Part shown: positions 20,253-29,412 of the stretch, piece by piece
Layout: each line of letters opens with the position of its first letter
Numbering within the stretch: the stretch's first letter is position 1
NCBI GenBank assembly: GCA_964527545.1
Contig: CAZGQF010000001.1
Coordinates: 148,019-212,018, forward strand
From: Candidatus Undinarchaeota archaeon
Lineage (GTDB): Archaea; SpSt-1190; DYHY01; CAZGQF01
Length of the DNA: 64,000 nt
Direction of reading: 5' to 3'
Notes under the pieces: generated by a model
The model's input: only the letters and a program-made list of their open reading frames with translations
Told to the model about the DNA's origin: nothing
The model's database searches: none
Translations under genes and position numbers: made by a program

Positions 20253-22051
20253 TTATCCTCCAGCTTGAGGTGCGGATAGATACCGAGTGAGAGGAGCTCG
20301 TTGAGGAGGATGTGGAAAGCGTAGCTCATCTCTATGAACTGGACGGGTGCAGACTCGCCGCAGACTGTGCAGTAGGTCTTCTCCCTGTTCTTGTCGTAGA
20401 CTGCGACCAGGCCGCACTTCTCGCAGACCGGTATGAGCGCCTTGTCGGAGTCGAACCTCTCCTTGAGGACGAGGGCTGCGCCGTGGGCGACCATGCAGTC
20501 CTTCTCCATCTCACCCATCCTGAGTCCTCCCTTCTTGGAGCGGCCCTCTGTCGGCTGCCTGGTCAGTATCTGGACCGGCCCGCGGGCGCGGGCGTGCATC
20601 TTGTTGGCGACCATGTGCCTCAGCTTGTGGTAGTAGATAACGCCGGAGAAAAGCTCTCCCTCGAAGACCTCGCCGGAGATGCCGTCGTAGAACTTCTCCG
20701 TCCCGTCAGGCGCGAAGCCGTGGGCCTTCAGGCTCTTCCTGAAGCCCTTCAGCGGGTTGTCTCGGAAGGCTGTGCCGTCCACGAACCTGCCGTCCAGGGA
20801 GCCGACCTTGGCGGCCATGAACTCAAGGAGCTGTGAGACTGTCATGCGCGAAGGGATGCCGTGCGGGTTGGCTATCATGTCTGGGACTATGCCGTTGACT
20901 GAGAATGGCATGTCCTCCTGGGGGACTATGGCGCCTATGACTCCCTTCTGGCCGTGGCGCGAAGAGAACTTGTCGCCGAGCTCCGGGTTGCGGTTGCTCC
21001 TGATACGGACTTTGACAAGCCGGCGGCCCTCCTCATCCTCTGAGAGGACGACCTGGTCGACAACGCCATCCTCGCCATGGCGCATCGTGATGCTCGACTC
21101 TCGCCTGTTCTCGACTCCCTTCCTGAAGATGTCGAGGGAGCCGAGGAAGCGGGGCGGCGATGTCCTGCCCACGAGGACGTCGTCGCCTTTGACTTCAGAC
21201 TCGACGTGGATTATACCGTCCGGCCCCAGCATTGCGTAGTCGGCCTCTGTCCTGTAGCCGACGCTCTCCTTGTGCGGTATCTCTATGGAGTCCTCCTGTC
21301 CGCCGGGGTATCGCTTCTCAACGGCCATGTAGGGCCTGTAGAACGTGGAGCGGCCGAGGCCGCGCTCTATGGAGGCCTTGTTGAAGATGATTGCGTCCTC
21401 CATGTTGTAGCCCTCCCAGGGCGCTATCACGACAACGAAGTTCTGGCCGGCTGGGTGGGTGTCGAAGCCGACCACGTCGGTGAGGGCAGTCCTCAGGATG
21501 GGCGACTGGGGGTAGTGGAGTATGTTGGAGTAGGTGTCGAAGCGCATGTGGAAGTTGGCTGTGTAGATGCCGAGGGCCTGCTTGACTCCCTTGCTGGCGC
21601 CGTAGTTGACTCGGTCGCCGCGCGAGTAGTCCGCGAAGGGGACAAGAGAGGCGGGGATTCCAAGGATTACGACAGGATCGATCTCGAGATGTGTGTGCTC
21701 CTCGTTGAGGTCCTCCTCCCTGAGGGCTATGTAGGTGTTCTCCTCCTCACTGGCGTCGAGGTACTCGACCTTCCCGCTCTCGACCAGCTGGGACCATGTC
21801 AGCTTGCCGTCATTGAGCTTCTTCAGGTCAGAATCCTTGAGCAGTGGCTTGCCGTTCTCCACCACTATGAGCGGGCGCATCACCCTCCCCGGGTCGGTGT
21901 TGACGACGACCTCGTCTCTCTCCCTGTCGTGCGTGATCGAGGAGACGTGGGGTATCTTCCCCTTTCGCTTCATCTCCCTCAGCTTCGAGGACAGTTCCTC
22001 CGGCTCCTTGTGGCGGCCGACCAGTATGCCGTTCAGGAAGACGTCCGTCAT
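20249..22051 (-). CDS. rpoB1: DNA-directed RNA polymerase subunit B' (C-terminal part of split RpoB)
   Basis: 600 aa. SRHGQKG..., GEME active-site region, C-terminal Zn ribbon (CEKCG..CTVCG). Confidence 0.95.
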   Translation of the reverse strand: MTDVFLNGILVGRHKEPEELSSKLREMKRKGKIPHVSSITHDRERDEVVVNTDPGRVMRPLIVVENGKPLLKDSDLKKLNDGKLTWSQLVESGKVEYLDASEEENTYIALREEDLNEEHTHLEIDPVVILGIPASLVPFADYSRGDRVNYGASKGVKQALGIYTANFHMRFDTYSNILHYPQSPILRTALTDVVGFDTHPAGQNFVVVIAPWEGYNMEDAIIFNKASIERGLGRSTFYRPYMAVEKRYPGGQEDSIEIPHKESVGYRTEADYAMLGPDGIIHVESEVKGDDVLVGRTSPPRFLGSLDIFRKGVENRRESSITMRHGEDGVVDQVVLSEDEEGRRLVKVRIRSNRNPELGDKFSSRHGQKGVIGAIVPQEDMPFSVNGIVPDMIANPHGIPSRMTVSQLLEFMAAKVGSLDGRFVDGTAFRDNPLKGFRKSLKAHGFAPDGTEKFYDGISGEVFEGELFSGVIYYHKLRHMVANKMHARARGPVQILTRQPTEGRSKKGGLRMGEMEKDCMVAHGAALVLKERFDSDKALIPVCEKCGLVAVYDKNREKTYCTVCGESAPVQFIEMSYAFHILLNELLSLGIYPHLKLEDK

Positions 22052-23550
22052 CTCTTCACCCCCTCGGGCGGCTTGACGCCGAGCTTGTCGAGGATTTCCC
22101 GCATCTTCTTGTCGTCGCCGCGGTCGTAGGTCATCTTGGCAAAGAGGGCGAGGTTCTTCCTCAGGCCGATGTTCTGGCCTTCCGGCGTCTCGCTGGCACA
22201 GAGGATCCCCCAGTGTGTGGGGTGGAGCTCCCGCGCCTCGAAGTGGGGCTGGGAGGTGGTGAGCGGCGAGAGGACCCTGCGGAGGTGGGAGAGGGTGTCC
22301 ATGTAGTTGAGCCGCTGGAGGTGCTGTGAGACGCCCGACCTGCCGCCCACCCAGTATCCAGTGGCCAGGGCGGATGAGAGGCGGGAGGTGAGCAGCTGGG
22401 AGCGGACTATCGTGGCGATGGGCGGCTCCCTGCCGCGCTTGGTGATTCGCTCGAAAGAGTATTTCATGTCGTTGACCAGGGCCTTGAATGCGGCGCGGAA
22501 GAGCTGCTCCACCAGCTCGCCTGCGAGCTTGAGGCGCTTGTTGCCGTAGTGGTCCTTGTCGTCCTCGGAGATGAGGCCGTACTCCAGCTCTATCAGCTTC
22601 TCCATCACGTTGCCTACGTAGTGGGCCTTCTCCATGTCGGAGTTCTCGCCGTCGCCTATGTGGGGGAGGAGATACTGATCCAGGAGGTCCTGGACGCGCT
22701 CGAGGCGGTACTCCCTGTCCCTCCCTATCTTCATCTGCTTGCCTATCCAGTCGAGGGCGTCTTCCCTGCTGTCCACGCTGTCCGGTATCTCCTTAAGGTT
22801 GACTATCACCTCTTCAGCGAGCTCAGGGTTCTCTGTGATGAGTGTGATTATCTGCTGGTCTGATGTGACGCCTAGGGCCATCATCAAGGCGACCGCCGGT
22901 ATGCGTGAGACGCGGGCGAAGGAGAGCCGGACCACGCCGTTCTTCAGCCTCTCGAATAGGTGGGGCACCCGGAAGCCGGGCGCCTCCGAGAACAGGCGCG
23001 CTATCTGCCGGGCCGGCCCCTTCTCCTTGTTCTCCAGTAGGGGCATGTTGGGCTGTAGGTCCTCTATGGCGATCAAGACCCGCTCAGTCCCGTTGATTAT
23101 GAAGTAGCCGCCCGGGTCCATGGGGTCCTCGCCCATGTCGACCAGGTCGTCGTCGCCGAGCTTGGAGAGTATGCAGGCGTCGCTCTTGACCATCAGCGGC
23201 AGGTCGCCTATTATCGCCTCGACCGACTCGCCGCGTATGCCGTCCTTCTCTGTGACGAGTTCGAGCCGGACGGGGGCGGCGTATGTCAGCTCGCGGAATC
23301 TCGACTCCATGGGGGAGAGGAGATTGGCGGAGCCGTCCGCCTCCTTCACCACGGGATCGCCAACAGAGATCTTGCCGAACTTGATCTTGAACTCGACGCA
23401 GCCCTCGGGGATGATGGTCGGGTCGATGCCGCCTATCTCGTCAACCACTCTCTGCATCCCAACGTTGAGGAACTCGTTGAAGGAGTCGATGTGGTGGCGT
23501 ACCATCCCGTGCTCTTCAAAGAATGCTCTCGCAAAATTGCCAACTTCCAT
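22048..23550 (-). CDS. rpoB2: DNA-directed RNA polymerase subunit B'' (N-terminal part of split RpoB)
   Basis: 500 aa. Start overlapped by an upstream TAATG. Conserved RpoB N-terminal regions. Confidence 0.95.
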   Translation of the reverse strand: MEVGNFARAFFEEHGMVRHHIDSFNEFLNVGMQRVVDEIGGIDPTIIPEGCVEFKIKFGKISVGDPVVKEADGSANLLSPMESRFRELTYAAPVRLELVTEKDGIRGESVEAIIGDLPLMVKSDACILSKLGDDDLVDMGEDPMDPGGYFIINGTERVLIAIEDLQPNMPLLENKEKGPARQIARLFSEAPGFRVPHLFERLKNGVVRLSFARVSRIPAVALMMALGVTSDQQIITLITENPELAEEVIVNLKEIPDSVDSREDALDWIGKQMKIGRDREYRLERVQDLLDQYLLPHIGDGENSDMEKAHYVGNVMEKLIELEYGLISEDDKDHYGNKRLKLAGELVEQLFRAAFKALVNDMKYSFERITKRGREPPIATIVRSQLLTSRLSSALATGYWVGGRSGVSQHLQRLNYMDTLSHLRRVLSPLTTSQPHFEARELHPTHWGILCASETPEGQNIGLRKNLALFAKMTYDRGDDKKMREILDKLGVKPPEGVKR

Positions 23551-23593
23551 TAAACTAGCACCTCCAGAGGCGATCCACTTTCGCCAGGTCTCT

Positions 23594-23603
23594 CTCTATA
23601 AGC
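23594..23603 (-). promoter_or_regulatory. TATA box (gcttatagag on minus) about 49 nt upstream of the rpoB'' ATG, with GGAGGTG Shine-Dalgarno 8 nt before the ATG
   Basis: AT-rich element in a GC-rich spacer between tRNA-Lys and rpoB''. No rpoH ORF intervenes. Confidence 0.35.
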
Positions 23604-23784
23604 TCGTCCGCAGGTCGGGACGACGTCCGTGGAACTCCGGTAAAGTGAGTGTGACCGGCCCCAGAAAATTGGGGCCGGTCTGGGGAGGGAGCTTGAGAAG
23701 TTTCTTGAGGCATTGAGAGGGGCTGGAGGGGCTGTGTCTGAAAAGAGAGGGCATGGCTTTGCGGCGAGGGCCCTACGTGGGGAG

Positions 23785-23872
23785 TGGGCCCGACGGGATT
23801 TGAACCCGCGACATTCTGGTTTCTTCCCTTGGGGTAAAAGCCAGACGCTCTACCATGCTGAGCTACGGGCCC
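23785..23872 (-). tRNA. tRNA-Lys(TTT) with 14-nt intron at the canonical 37/38 position
   Basis: Acceptor GGGCCCG/CGGGCCC. D-arm GCTC..GAGC. Anticodon stem TCTGG/CCAGA with loop CTTTTAC interrupted by CCCAAGGGAAGAAA. T-arm GCGGG TTCAAAT CCCGT. Discriminator A. Confidence 0.8.
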
Positions 23873-23887
23873 GAGAGAGGGGGAGAG

Positions 23888-23990
23888 CGCCCCGGCCGGG
23901 ATTTGAACCCGGGTCAGGAGCTCGACAGGCTCCCATGACTTGCCTTCCTGCTCTTTCCGGGCAAGAATTAAGCCACTACACCACCGGAGC
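23888..23990 (-). tRNA. tRNA-Asp(GTC) with roughly 28-nt intron at a non-canonical D-arm position
   Basis: Acceptor GCTCCGG/CCGGGGC (one G-U). Discriminator G. Anticodon arm GGAGC CTGTCGA GCTCC. T-arm CCGGG TTCAAAT CCCGG. 103 nt in total. Extra sequence TCTTGCCCGGAAAGAGCAGGAAGGCAAG lies between D-loop AGTGGCTTAAT and TCATG. Confidence 0.6.
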
Positions 23991-24180
23991 ATATACTCCT
24001 CGCGCATCCCCCTGCCAAGTTCTATCTCTCTGTTTTCTGGGCCCAAAGAACCTCCTCCCAATTCCAGCTACGCTTAGCGACCAGCGTATTCAAGGGCGCG
24101 AAAGGTCGGTTTATAAAGATTTGGTTATATATGTTCTGCGTTCCGGAGGACGGAGTCTCGGCATCTGGGGAGAAGAAAGG

Positions 24181-24293
24181 TCCCGCCTCCCGGATTTGAA
24201 CCGGGGACTAATCGGTATCTGAGCAGTTACTAGTGTCAGCGACACCTGTCAATGACTACAGCCGACCACTCTACCAGACTGAGTTAAGGCGGG
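24181..24293 (-). tRNA. tRNA-Tyr(GTA) with roughly 39-nt intron at the canonical position
   Basis: C1:G72 acceptor (CCCGCCT/AGGCGGG), typical of archaeal tRNA-Tyr. Discriminator A. Anticodon loop CTGTAG^..A with intron TCATTGACAGGTGTCGCTGACACTAGTAACTGCTCAGAT. T-arm CCCGG TTCAAAT CCGGG. Confidence 0.8.
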
Positions 24294-24314
24294 TGTGTGG
24301 GGAGAGCGCCAGGC

Positions 24315-24326
24315 TGTTAAAAAGAG
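24315..24326 (-). promoter_or_regulatory. TATA-like box (ctctttttaaca on minus) about 28 nt upstream of the tRNA-Tyr 5' end
   Basis: Spacing fits an archaeal promoter for the tRNA cluster. Confidence 0.3.
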
Positions 24327-24352
24327 TTTCTTTTCCCAAGCGATAGGGTTTA

Positions 24353-25738
24353 ATGGTTGAGTGGCGTGACAAAGCCATGAGAAAGAGAGTTGTCCTGGCG
24401 CTGGCCATTCTCGCCTTCGCTGTACCCATGTGCGTGAGCAGCGTGCAGCCGGAAGCGGCCGAGATGGAAGAGCAGACCGAACTGAAGATAACTGCCTATG
24501 ACGGCTTCGGACTGGTGAGCGGAAAGTGGAAAGGTCTCCTCCCTGCCGGCTACGCGAGCGTGAGCATAGAAAACGTGCCAGAGAGGATGGACGTCTCGAC
24601 CGTGGTCTTCTCGTCGGAGGGCGTCGAGCTGATAGAGCAGGACTACTCCTACGACCTGGTCAGCAGGGATAAGCTCTACGAGAACTATTTGGGGGAAGAG
24701 ATAGTGGCGAGGGAGGAGGGTGAAGGCGGGCGGCTGGTGGCCGGTACTCTGCTCTCTTATCAGGGCGACTCCTTGGTGATTGAGGGAAGCGACGGAAAGG
24801 TCCACTTGGTGAAGGCAACGTCTGTGGAGCTCCCCGCCCTGCCTGAGGGGCTGACCACGAAGCCGACTCTCACCTGGCTGGTCCGCAGCCTCGGGGGGAC
24901 AAAAGAGGCTGAACTATCCTACCTCACGAACGGCATCTCCTGGGAGACGGACTACAACGCCTTCCTCAACCAAGAAGAGAGCGAAATGGAGATCTCGAGC
25001 ACTGTCTCCGTGACCAACGACGCAGGCGCCGACTTCGAGGAGGCTGATCTGACGTTGGTGGCGGGGGAGGTGAACAGAGTGGAGGAGCAAGTCTACCGCG
25101 GGATGGTCGCGATGGCCGAGACAGCGAAGGACGTCGGAGGCGGGTTCTCGCAGTCCCAGCTCTCAGAATACCACGCCTACTCCTTGGAAAGGAAGGTCAC
25201 TCTCGAGGACGGCTCGACCAAGCAGATACCATTCCTGTCGGACGATGTGGAGGTGGAGAAGGAGTACGTCTTCGACTCCAACGAGCCTGTCTACATAAGG
25301 GAGACTGGGGCGCAGGGAGTCGCCGTCGAAGTGAAGTTCGAGAGCGGAGTGGAGATGCCTGCCGGCACTGTCAGGGTCTACAAGAGGCAGGACAACTCGC
25401 TCAGGCTGCTCGGAGAGGACACCATCAGCCACACGCCGGAGGGGGAAGAGGTCAGGCTGAAGACCGGCGAGAGCTTCGACATAGTGGTGGAGAAGACTGA
25501 GACGGAGCGCAGGTCGCTGGGCAGCTGCTCCTATGAGGCCTCGTACGAGGTTGAGGTGAGAAACCACAAGGAAGAAGACGTGACGGTGACGGTGATAGAG
25601 AGAGTCTGGGGAGACGTCGATGTCGTGGAGAGCTCGCTTACGGTCTACGAAGACGAGGCGAGGAAGAAGAGCTGGAGGGTTCCCATAGAGGCGGAGGGGA
25701 GTTCGACGCTGACCTACACGCTGAGGAGGATCTGCTGA
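24353..25738 (+). CDS. hypothetical secreted protein (Sec-type signal peptide)
   Basis: 461-aa ORF. Probable true start at M9 (24377): MRKRVVLALAILAFAVPMCVSS. No catalytic motif recognised. Confidence 0.45.
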   Translation: MVEWRDKAMRKRVVLALAILAFAVPMCVSSVQPEAAEMEEQTELKITAYDGFGLVSGKWKGLLPAGYASVSIENVPERMDVSTVVFSSEGVELIEQDYSYDLVSRDKLYENYLGEEIVAREEGEGGRLVAGTLLSYQGDSLVIEGSDGKVHLVKATSVELPALPEGLTTKPTLTWLVRSLGGTKEAELSYLTNGISWETDYNAFLNQEESEMEISSTVSVTNDAGADFEEADLTLVAGEVNRVEEQVYRGMVAMAETAKDVGGGFSQSQLSEYHAYSLERKVTLEDGSTKQIPFLSDDVEVEKEYVFDSNEPVYIRETGAQGVAVEVKFESGVEMPAGTVRVYKRQDNSLRLLGEDTISHTPEGEEVRLKTGESFDIVVEKTETERRSLGSCSYEASYEVEVRNHKEEDVTVTVIERVWGDVDVVESSLTVYEDEARKKSWRVPIEAEGSSTLTYTLRRIC

Positions 25739-25758
25739 ACCCCTCATACCATAAATAG

Positions 25759-27789
25759 TTGGGAAGGGGTGGCAATGTCATGAAGCGGGTTCTTGTCCTC
25801 CTGTTTCTGCTGCAGCTGGCGTTGGCCCTGGAGCTCCATCCCAAGGAGCTCTCCAGCGCGACACTCCGCATCGACTTCACGGGGGAGGGCCTGGTGGACG
25901 GGAGCTTCCAGAAGATCAACCTGACGATGTACAACCTCCCAATCTCGGACGACAGGCAGACGGCGAGATGCGACACTTCTCGGCCTGCCAACTACCTGTT
26001 CCAGGACGGCGACGACCTCTCCTACAGCTACTCGTGCGTCGTGGAGACCGAGCAGATAGGGACGCCAATCGACGACAGCTCACTGCCGCTCGCCGGCGAC
26101 CTCCCGGACGAGTTCCTGGAGCAGACAGAGCTGACAGAGTTGAGCCCGACTCTGGAGGAGAAGGCGGAGGAGCTGGCCTCGTCGTCGCTGAGGGAGACAG
26201 CCTACGCCATCAACTCCTGGGTCTACGAGACCATAGAGTACGACACAGACTACGCCTTCTCAATCTTCGCCGGGGCTGAACAGGAGAAGAGGACGCCACA
26301 GGACACCTACAGCAGGAGGCTTGGCATCTGCGGCGACAAGGCGCACCTGGCAATCGGTATGATGAGGCACCTCGGCATACCTGCCCGCTACGTGGCAGGG
26401 ACCTCCTACGGACGGCTGCAGGAAGAGAAGTTCGAGAGCCACGCCTGGCTGGAGACCTGGTTCCCTGAGAGCGGCTGGGTGCCCTTCGACCCCACCTACG
26501 GCGAATACGGATACGTCGACCCGACACACGTCAAGTACTACCACTCCCTCGACTCCACCTTCCCGGTCTGGCAGACCAAGTACGCCTACTACGACGAGCA
26601 GCCGTCGATCACATGGGAGAGGGATGAGACTGTTGATTTCCTGGCGACGGAGAGGGCCGACAACTTCGGGCTTGAGGCGGAGAGCGTGGAGAGGATTGAG
26701 TACGACAAGCACGTCCTCGTGACTGCCATCGTCGAGAACAAGCTTCCCATCCCCGCCATCCCCGAGGCCGCCCTCTACTACGAGGCGAGCAATCTGGAAG
26801 AGAACTTCCAGCTGGTCTGGGGAGAGCAGAAGCAGCTGGTGGAGCTGGAGGCTGGGCAGGAGGGGAAGGTGAGGTGGGTGCTGAAGGCGCCGCACCTCGA
26901 GGAGAACAAGTACTATCTCATTCCCATGACTGTCGCCCTGGAGGGAGAGAGGGCCGAAGTCTCGCTTGAGCTCTACCCGAGGGAAGGCGACGTCCCGCTG
27001 GTCAACCTGATAACAGAGGCTAGCACCTATGAGGAAGGCGACGAGGTTAAGATGGCCGTGGAGGTCTCGCCCCCCGGCCCTGAGACTGTGGTCCTTCTGC
27101 CGAGCGGGAGAGAGATAGAGTTCTCTGCGGGAGAGGTGAGAAGGGACTCGACAGCGGACGCCCACGAAAATCTGGCAGCCTGGTCCTACTCGGGAGGCTT
27201 CGACAGGGCGGGGATAGGAGTGGAGAGGGGGGCGCTTGAGGCGGAGATAGAGGGGCCGAGCAGTGTGGGCGAGGGACAGCCCTTCGAGCTGGTGGTATCG
27301 GTGAGCGGCGCGAGGGGCAAGAGCGTGAGGCTCGACTTCGACGGGGAGAGTTCCGTCTCCATGATGCCGGCGGAGTTCCACGTCAGGAAGAGCTTGTCGG
27401 AGGACAAGACGCTGACATTCACACTCACCAGCGGCGAGAGGCTGCAGGTCCTCTCCAAGAGGATAACAGTCGTCCCCAGGCCTGAGATATCGCACCGCCT
27501 CATCGTGGACGAGAGACTGGTGAAGGGCGTGGAGTCGCGGATGGGGGCGAGCGGCAACGGCGAGGTCCTTCTTGAGACGCCCTACGGTGAGGAGAGGGGG
27601 AACAGGACAGTGGTGCTCGAGTTCGTGCCTACGCGCTGTGGGACCAACCAGGCGACAGTCACAGTCACCGCCTGGGACGAGCTGGGCAACGCCTTCCAGC
27701 AGAGCTTCCAGGAGGAGTTCGAGGTCGCTTGCGGCCTGGACGCCTGGCTGGCCAGGATTGCGCTTTTCATAGAGGGCCTCTTCGGGTGA
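25759..27789 (+). CDS. secreted transglutaminase-like cysteine protease domain protein
   Basis: Signal peptide. Core RLGICGDKAHLAIGMMRHLGIPARYVAG...HAWLETW...FDPT, matching a Cys-His-Asp transglutaminase-like fold. Confidence 0.65.
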   Translation: MGRGGNVMKRVLVLLFLLQLALALELHPKELSSATLRIDFTGEGLVDGSFQKINLTMYNLPISDDRQTARCDTSRPANYLFQDGDDLSYSYSCVVETEQIGTPIDDSSLPLAGDLPDEFLEQTELTELSPTLEEKAEELASSSLRETAYAINSWVYETIEYDTDYAFSIFAGAEQEKRTPQDTYSRRLGICGDKAHLAIGMMRHLGIPARYVAGTSYGRLQEEKFESHAWLETWFPESGWVPFDPTYGEYGYVDPTHVKYYHSLDSTFPVWQTKYAYYDEQPSITWERDETVDFLATERADNFGLEAESVERIEYDKHVLVTAIVENKLPIPAIPEAALYYEASNLEENFQLVWGEQKQLVELEAGQEGKVRWVLKAPHLEENKYYLIPMTVALEGERAEVSLELYPREGDVPLVNLITEASTYEEGDEVKMAVEVSPPGPETVVLLPSGREIEFSAGEVRRDSTADAHENLAAWSYSGGFDRAGIGVERGALEAEIEGPSSVGEGQPFELVVSVSGARGKSVRLDFDGESSVSMMPAEFHVRKSLSEDKTLTFTLTSGERLQVLSKRITVVPRPEISHRLIVDERLVKGVESRMGASGNGEVLLETPYGEERGNRTVVLEFVPTRCGTNQATVTVTAWDELGNAFQQSFQEEFEVACGLDAWLARIALFIEGLFG

Positions 27790-27793
27790 GGGG

Positions 27794-28675
27794 CTACATG
27801 GAGCGGAGCCGCTCAATCCTCTTCTCAGTGCTCGGGTGGGTGCTGAAGAGCTCGAAGAGTTTGTCAGCAGTGAAGGGGTTGACTATGAAGAGGCTGGCGG
27901 TGGCAGCGTTGCCGCGCATCGGCCGCCTTCTCACGCCGCGCTCCAGCTTCTGGAGGGCAGATGCGAGGGCGAGCGGCTTGTGAGTGATCTTGGCGCTGCC
28001 TTCGTCGGCGGAGAACTCCCGTGTCCTTGAGATGGCCAGCCTGATTATGGTGGCAACGATGGGGACGAAGACAGAGGCGAGCAACGCTGCCACGACAGTG
28101 GCCCCGCTCCGCCTCCTCCTGTCGCCGCCCAGGCCGAACCAGCGGAGAGAGTAGGCGAGATAGGCGATGGCGCCTGCCACGACCGCTGCCATCGTGCTGA
28201 TGAGGGTGTCGTAGTGCTTGATGTGGGAGAGCTCGTGGGCGAGGACGCCCTCCAGCTCGTCGTCGTCGAGCAGGTCCGCTATCCCAGTGGTGACTACGAC
28301 AGCGGCAGTCTTCGGCGAGCGGCCGGTGGCGAAGGCGTTGGGCGTCAAGGAGTCGACAACGCAGACCTTGGGCATCGGGAGGTCAGCGCGGTCTGAGAGC
28401 GTTCTGATGAGCCTGTGGAGGCGGGGCGCCTCTTTCTCGCTAACCTCCTTGGCGCCGTACATCCAGAGCACTATCCTGTCGCTGAACCAGTAGGTGAGCA
28501 TGTTGACAACGAAGGCGAGCAGGAGGGCCGGCAAGGCCGCCTCGGGTGAGCCGCCTATGAGGATGCCCATGCCGACCAGTATTCCTGTCAGGACGCTCAT
28601 CAAGAAAAAGACCTTCGCCAGGGCCATGAAAAGGAGGGAGGAGGACGGGTTAAAAAAATGTCGCCGCGAAACCAA
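27794..28675 (-). CDS. htpX: HtpX-like M48 zinc metalloprotease
   Basis: HELSH (HExxH) zinc motif within TM helices. 293 aa. Confidence 0.8.
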   Translation of the reverse strand: MVSRRHFFNPSSSLLFMALAKVFFLMSVLTGILVGMGILIGGSPEAALPALLLAFVVNMLTYWFSDRIVLWMYGAKEVSEKEAPRLHRLIRTLSDRADLPMPKVCVVDSLTPNAFATGRSPKTAAVVVTTGIADLLDDDELEGVLAHELSHIKHYDTLISTMAAVVAGAIAYLAYSLRWFGLGGDRRRRSGATVVAALLASVFVPIVATIIRLAISRTREFSADEGSAKITHKPLALASALQKLERGVRRRPMRGNAATASLFIVNPFTADKLFELFSTHPSTEKRIERLRSM

Positions 28676-28702
28676 TATTAAAGGGGAGGTCGAGTCAGGG
28701 CC

Positions 28703-29377
28703 ATGTCAAGCGAGATAGTCTTGCGCATCAGCAGGCAGGACATAATCTACGTGGGGGTGGCTGTCCTCTTCTTTTTCGCAGGATTCCTGACCAGGGAGGC
28801 GATGGGAGAAAACTGGCGACTGCCGGAGTGGGGGGAGGAAAAAGAGAGCAGGGCGGCACTCATGTCAGGGAACGTCTCTCTCGACGACGACCCGAGGCTC
28901 GGGAGCGAGGGGGCGGCGGTGAGAGTTGTCCTCTTCAGCGAGTTCGACTGTCCATACAGCGCCAGGGCCGCGCCACTCGCCAGGCAGCTCCACGACGAGT
29001 ACGGAGAAGAGATCGTCATCGCCTTCAGAGATTTCCCTCTCGGCTTCCACGAGACCGCCCAGAAGGCGGCGGAGGCGGCCGAGTGCGCGGACGAGCAGGG
29101 GATGTTCTGGGAGTACCACGACAGGCTGTTCGAGACTCAAGGTGCGCACGACGTCGCTGACCTGAAAGGCTACGCAGCGGAGCTAGGCCTCGACACTGCC
29201 GCGTTCGACAGTTGCCTGGACAGCGGGGAGATGGAGGGCGAGGTGGCAAAGGACTTGGCTGCCGGGGGGGCGGCCGGAGTCAGCGGGACACCGACATTCT
29301 TCGTAAACGGCGAGCCCATCGTCGGCGCCCAGCCATTCGAGGTCTTCCAGGAGAGGATAGGGCCGCTCCTCTCCTAG
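28703..29377 (+). CDS. DsbA-like thioredoxin-fold protein with CPYS (CxxS) active site
   Basis: N-terminal TM. FSEFDCPYSARA, where the canonical CPYC has its second Cys replaced by Ser (codons tgt cca tac agc at 28959-28970). Confidence 0.6.
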   Translation: MSSEIVLRISRQDIIYVGVAVLFFFAGFLTREAMGENWRLPEWGEEKESRAALMSGNVSLDDDPRLGSEGAAVRVVLFSEFDCPYSARAAPLARQLHDEYGEEIVIAFRDFPLGFHETAQKAAEAAECADEQGMFWEYHDRLFETQGAHDVADLKGYAAELGLDTAAFDSCLDSGEMEGEVAKDLAAGGAAGVSGTPTFFVNGEPIVGAQPFEVFQERIGPLLS

Positions 29378-29383
29378 GAAAGA

Positions 29384-29391
29384 TTTATAAC
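29384..29391 (+). promoter_or_regulatory. TATA box (tttataac) about 23-28 nt upstream of the ATG at 29413 (leaderless-type)
   Basis: AT-rich box immediately after the DsbA-like stop. Confidence 0.3.
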
Positions 29392-29412
29392 TACTCAATA
29401 ATTGTGAAATCC

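Noticed and set aside
23555-24061. 168-aa minus-strand ORF covering the tRNA-Lys and tRNA-Asp region; tested as a possible rpoH.
   Set aside because: It overlaps two well-folded tRNAs and has no RpoH/Rpb5 motifs. The frame that abuts rpoB'' lacks a start codon.
24101-24135. Palindromic TTTATAAA plus TTATATAT boxes between tRNA-Asp and tRNA-Tyr.
   Set aside because: Spacing (about 120 nt from the tRNA-Asp 5' end) does not fit a promoter for either flanking tRNA. No ORF or folded RNA could be assigned, so it is left unannotated.
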